Source: Tubiluchus corallicola (Eukaryota > Animalia > Priapulida). Taken from it: a stretch of DNA of 64,000 bases. This document shows positions 52,701 to 58,700 of the stretch, piece by piece. The translations under genes were made by a program, and so were the position numbers. The notes below the pieces were generated by a model that saw only the letters and a program-made list of their open reading frames with translations, was not told the DNA's origin and ran no database searches. Numbering within the stretch: the first letter of the stretch is position 1; every line of letters starts with the position of its first letter. Location: contig JAQGDQ010000618.1 in assembly GCA_030141605.1 (NCBI GenBank), positions 1 to 64,000 on the forward strand, in the 5' to 3' direction.

Positions 52701-55700
52701 CCTGCGGTCCCTCATTCATCGAAGGCCTGTTCCCAGTGATCCCCACGGTCCCTCATTCATTGAAAGCCAGTTCCCAGTGATCCCTGCGGTCCCTCATTCA
52801 TCGAAGGCCAGTTCCCAGTGATCCCCACGGTCCCTCATTCATTGAAAGCCAGTTCCCAGTGATCCCTGCGGTCCCTCGTTCATCGAAGGCCAGTTCCCAG
52901 TGATCCCCACGGTCCCTCATTCATTGAAAGCCAGTTCCCAGTGATCCCTGCGGTCCCTCATTCATCGAAGGCCAGTTCCCAGTGATCCCCACGGTCCCTC
53001 ATTCATTGAAAGCCAGTTCCCAATGATCCCTGCGGTCCCTCGCTTAATGAAAGCCAGTTCCAAGTGAGCAATGTGCAATTTCCAGTGTGCAATGCATCCC
53101 TAACTCACCTTTCCTGTGTGCAGTGCACCAGTGATTCACCTTCCTAGTGTGCAGTGCACCACTGACTCACCTTATTCATTGTACAGTACACCACAAACTC
53201 ACCTTCCCAGTGTGCAGTGCACCAGTGACCGACTTTCCCATGGCGCAGTGCACCACTGACTCACCTTCCCAGTGTACAGTGCACCACTGACTCACCTTCC
53301 CAGTGTGCAGTGCACCAATGACTCACCTCCCCTGTGTGCAATGCACCACTGACTCACCTCCCCTGCGTACAGTGCACCAATGACTCACCTCCCCTGTGTG
53401 CAATGCACCCCTTACTCACCTTCCCTGTGTGCAATGCAACACTGACTCACCTCCCCTGTGTACAGTGCACCACTGACTCACCTTCCCAGTGTACAGTGCA
53501 CCACTGACTGACCTTCCCAGTGTGCAGTGCACCAATGACTCACCTCCCTGTGTGCAATGCACCACTGACTCACCTCCCTGTGTGCAATGCACCACTGACT
53601 CACCTCCCCTGTGTGCAATGCACCACTGACTCACCTCCCTGTGTACAGTGCACCACTGACTCACCTCCCCTGTGTGCAGTGCACCAATGACTCACCTCCC
53701 CTGTGTGCAATGCACCCCTTACTCACCTTCCCTGTGTGCAATGCACCACTGACTCACCTCCCCTGTGTGCAATGCACCACTGACTCACCTCCCTGTGTAC
53801 AGTGCACCACTGACTCACCTCCCCTGTGTGCAATGCACCCCTTACTCACCTTCCCAGTGTACAGTGCACCACTGACTCACCTCCCCAGTGTGCAGTGCAC
53901 CAATGACTCACCTCCCCTGTGTGCAGTGCACCAATGACTCACCTCCCCTGTGTGCAATGCACCCCTTACTCACCTTCCCTGTGTGCAATGCACCACTGAC
54001 TCACCTCCCCTGTGTGCAATGCACCACTGACTCACCTCCCTGTGTACAGTGCACCACTGACTCACCTCCCCTGTGTGCAGTGCACCAATGACTCACCTCC
54101 CCTGTGTGCAATGCACCCCTTACTCACCTTCCCTGTGTGCAATGCACCACTGACTCACCTCCCCTGTGTGCAATGCACCACTGACTCACCTCCCTGTGTA
54201 CAGTGCACCACTGACTCACCTCCCCTGTGTGCAATGCACCCCTTACTCACCTTCCCAGTGTACAGTGCACCACTGACTCACCTCCCCAGTGTGCAGTGCA
54301 CCAATGACTCACCTCCCCTGTGTGCAGTGCACCAATGACTCACCTCCCCTGTGTGCAATGCACCCCTTACTCACCTTCCCTGTGTGCAATGCACCACTGA
54401 CTCACCTCCCCTGTGTGCAATGCACCACTGACTCACCTCCCTGTGTACAGTGCACCACTGACTCACCTCTCCTGTGTACAGTGCATCACTGACTCACCTC
54501 CCTGTGTACAGTGCACCACTGACTCACCTCCCCTGTGTGCAGTGCACCAATGACTCACCTCCCCTGTGTGCAATGCACCCCTTACTCACCTTCCCTGTGT
54601 GCAATGCACCACTGACTCACCTCCCCTGTGTGCAGTGCACCAATGACTCACCTCCCCTGTGTGCAATGCACCCCTTACTCACCTTCCCTGTGTGCAATGC
54701 ACCACTGACTCACCTCCCCTGTGTGCAATGCACCACTGACTCACCTCCCCGTGTACAGTGCACCACTGACTCACCTTCCCAGTGTGCAATGCACCACTGA
54801 CTCACCTCCCTGTGTACAGTGCACCACAGACTCACCTCCACAGTGTGCACTATATTCACGTTTGTTGTTACCACCCAGTTTTTTAATTGTGACTGTTGCT
54901 GGTTGTTTACGTAATGCAATTACTTGAATATTCAGGTTCAGGTAAACAAGTTTATCATACTCCAAACATTGTTTGTTAAAAATCTTTGTTCCACTTAATA
55001 AAGATATTTTTGACTAAAACTTAAGCACTTGCCTTTCCCTTTGTTTAAAGCTAACCTTATCTATTTACCTCGTATAAGAAATTCCAACTGTTTCTTTTGC
55101 TCTGAGATGCTGTTTCTCTGTAAAACAAGAAACAAAACTATACGAACTCACAATAAGTATACGGGTAAATATAATTAACAACTAAGACAAGAACAGGGGA
55201 AAAATGGACCGATTAAAGGAAAAATGCACGAATTTTCACCTCACTTTGATCTATGCTCTAACATATGCATTATATTCCCAATAATAATTACAAAAACGGT
55301 TGTGATAATTAAATATTAATTTAGAAATTTAATTAAATTCTTTATTCTTGACAGACAACTGTGCAAAACATTCCCAGACATGCCGAATCAATCAGCTGCT
55401 ACGCGATTCACTTATAGCTAATGACAATTTATGCTCATATTCGGTTCTGATTGATCAGTCAGGAAGAGGCCTGGACTCAGTTCAGGCCATTTCATGCAAC
55501 TAGAAAGTTTCCACTATAATCGCAGAATAATTTTTGGCAACCGTAGAAATGGAAATAATGTCTTGTCTTGTGTCTCTACTGCCACAATGATGGAGCTGCA
55601 GCGTCAACTGTGGCTGAGCAGTGCGATCCTTGAATGTCTCCAGAGTATCCAGAGTGCACACCTGGGCAAGATGTATAGAGATCCTGAATTGCCCAGACAA

Positions 55701-58700
55701 CAGGAAACCTTTTCTCTTCCTCGCTAGTGTAGTCCAAAGGAAAGCAGAGCGATGCGTTTGGCACCAGCTTGGCTGCAGGAGCTGCCGGAGTCAGTGAGCA
55801 TGCTAGACTGGTCCGCCTTTTGGCTCCACTCCTGATTTGGAAGGTTTACTCCTCTACACATGGCCAGTGGGTCACTTGACCTCCTCTGCCCGCAAGCTGT
55901 TGGCTGCTTGTGCAGCTAATCCGCCTAGTGTCGAGATACAGTGTGGGCATCCCGCAAGTCTACAGCACCTGGAATTCCTAGACAGTCACCCATCAAAGTA
56001 CTAACCAGGCTCTACATTGCTTAACGTTGGTGATCAGACGAGAACCGGTGTTTTCAATAAAGAAGTACAATAGTAATAACACTAGAAAAGCACAATTATA
56101 CCTACCAAGTCTTGCAGTGTGTTCACTTTTTTACTAGCAGCTTCATCAATTTCTTGCAGCAATCGTTGTTCCTGCGACTGTAGAATCCCATGTAAGCCGT
56201 GGAAATAATGCCTGACATCAATGTAATACTTTTCCAACTCTTGTCGAGCACTCGGCACTAGGTTGCCCAGTAACTGCAAAAAACAAGATTGAATAAAATG
56301 AAATGACCAACTACGCACCAAAGATAGCAAAGTTTTTTTAAACTGGTTGCAGTACTGAACAGTACTGCTAAATAGTTTTGGTAACTAAGAATTATTTCGA
56401 GATTATAAAAATTTGATCAGATCAATTTCTTTTGCACTGAATAGTCGAGATCGAGTCAGACACGTGGCAAGATTTTAAACATCTCTATTTTAAGCTGTTT
56501 TTGATTTGACAATAGTTACAAAATGCAACACGAAACTGAAGGATTCCTACCAATTGTAAATTTGCGTAGCATTTACTGCTGTGCAAGCATTTCAGCATAA
56601 ATTCGGCCATTTGCATACTGCAAACTGGTGAGAATGATGACCAGTTATAAAACAATAATGTAATATAATATTAATAATCTTTATTTAAAGTCGGCTTTTC
56701 GATAAACAATTAACATGAGCACACGAGTTGTTTGCCGACTGTAAACAACAATCCTACATCTAAATAACAATACCATTATTACCCCACTTTTACCCTAAAT
56801 TCCGCAAGTTAGGCAGCGCAAAAGCAAATGCCATTTTTAAAATTTTTGGTATGAACCAACCACAGTATCGAACACACGACCTTCGACGCGAAAAGCTGAC
56901 GCGATACCCAATACAGTAGTACTTCTGTTTTTGACCATAATGCGTTCCTAAAAAGTGTTTGAAAACCGATTTGGTTGAGTACCGAATCATTTATTCTCAT
57001 AAGAAATAATATAAAAGCAAATAATCCGTTCTTAAGCACCAAATGAACTGTAAAGTATTACTAAAACGAAATATGATAATGCAAAAATGTTTATTCAAAC
57101 AGTAGATATGATATAATTGATAAGAAAAACATAATAGAATTACTTTGAAAGAAAAACATAATTGTTCCTGCATGAAAAAGCAGAGAAAAATAAGCGTAGA
57201 AAGCACTTAGCGATGTTAGGCGATTCAAATCTTGTGCGTGACTACTCTCGGGCGCGGTCGGTTACGCTCGGCTCTACTCGGCTCGCCGCGCACGTGTTCA
57301 TCACGTGTCTGGCGGTTGGTCGAGAGCGGAGACAATTTCAGCTCGAATTTTCCGGTCGAAAACCGATTTGTACGAGTACTGGGACGTTCGACAACGGAGG
57401 TATGACTGCATACCATACCATCTAGTTAGTATTCTATAGATCAGAACAAACTCTATAGCATTTGCAACTTGAAATGATTTTCATAATATGACACAAAAAC
57501 ATTTCAGTGTGCGTAACGTGACGAAAATAGCACTTGCCTTGTCTGCATTTTTCAGTCTTTGTATCACAACTTTGGTATTTGAAATTGCAGGAATCATTTC
57601 AATAACTGCAGCTGAGTTCTGTAAAGAAACGAAAAAACAGAGAATTTTTATATGCAAAGATTACAAATTACCCCCAGAGATGTCCAAGTAAGAGTAGGCA
57701 GCTACATTAGAAAGTTGAAAATATCAGAAAAGTAGTCCTCGCTCAACGACACTAACATGTTTCAGCAAAACTTTCGGCAATTTCGCTTGCTGGAGACGTT
57801 TCTTTCTTTTCATTTCAAACACAACTATAAACAATAATCATTATCTGCACATTCTTACGTCTGTTTTAGTGAATAAGACAATTAAATGGCTCTAGTTCTA
57901 ACATATAAAAATCGTAATTTCTTTAGGTTCTTTGCAGGCAGATACCATCCTCCGACTTTCAGGGTTTTGTTGTTGTTTTTCTTTATATTGTCAATATTTC
58001 TTGACGATTGTTATATGATCGTATATATTAATTCTACTGGTATATATAATTTATATATATATATAAAATTCGAGGCTACAGGTTCAACGGCGGCACCATT
58101 TGCGGCGATCTATACATCAAACAAAAGGTCTCGATCTAGTGTCGTGCCATTGGGGGTTTATTTTTCGAATCGGGCCCACCCGGAACGGGGGCAAAAACCT
58201 CCAAAAATGGCCATTTTTTGCAAAAGTTATATGTCTGAGATGTGGAGAAAGGGAACGGGATATGGGTGGTGCCGGCCATGGATAGACAGCCCGTTCAGCG
58301 GTGGGTGTCATAGGCGTATTTAGAATTTGCAAGAGGGCCACGGCGCCCCTCAACGGATGTTTTCCCGAACCCAACTCGCGATTTTTCGAAATTTTGATCA
58401 AACAGCATGCGGAAAAAATATTTTAGCGGCGCCTGGTGGGACTCTCGTATAATATTATTGTTGTCGATGTGTATTTGTTTAACTTTTGGGTATATTTCGT
58501 GGCTGCAAGTAAGCGTATAAACATAATTCGGCGTCTATGCTTCTTTTCTTTCTTGTTAATATGAAGGAAGTACAGATTAACTCTTAACAAACGCTTTCTT
58601 CTTCTTTGTTGAGTCTAATCCGATGCTGTTTCTTTCGTTTACTGGCAAAGCGGCTACCTTCCAGCACTCCCTTCTTCTTAGCATCTTTTTTCTGTCTTCG

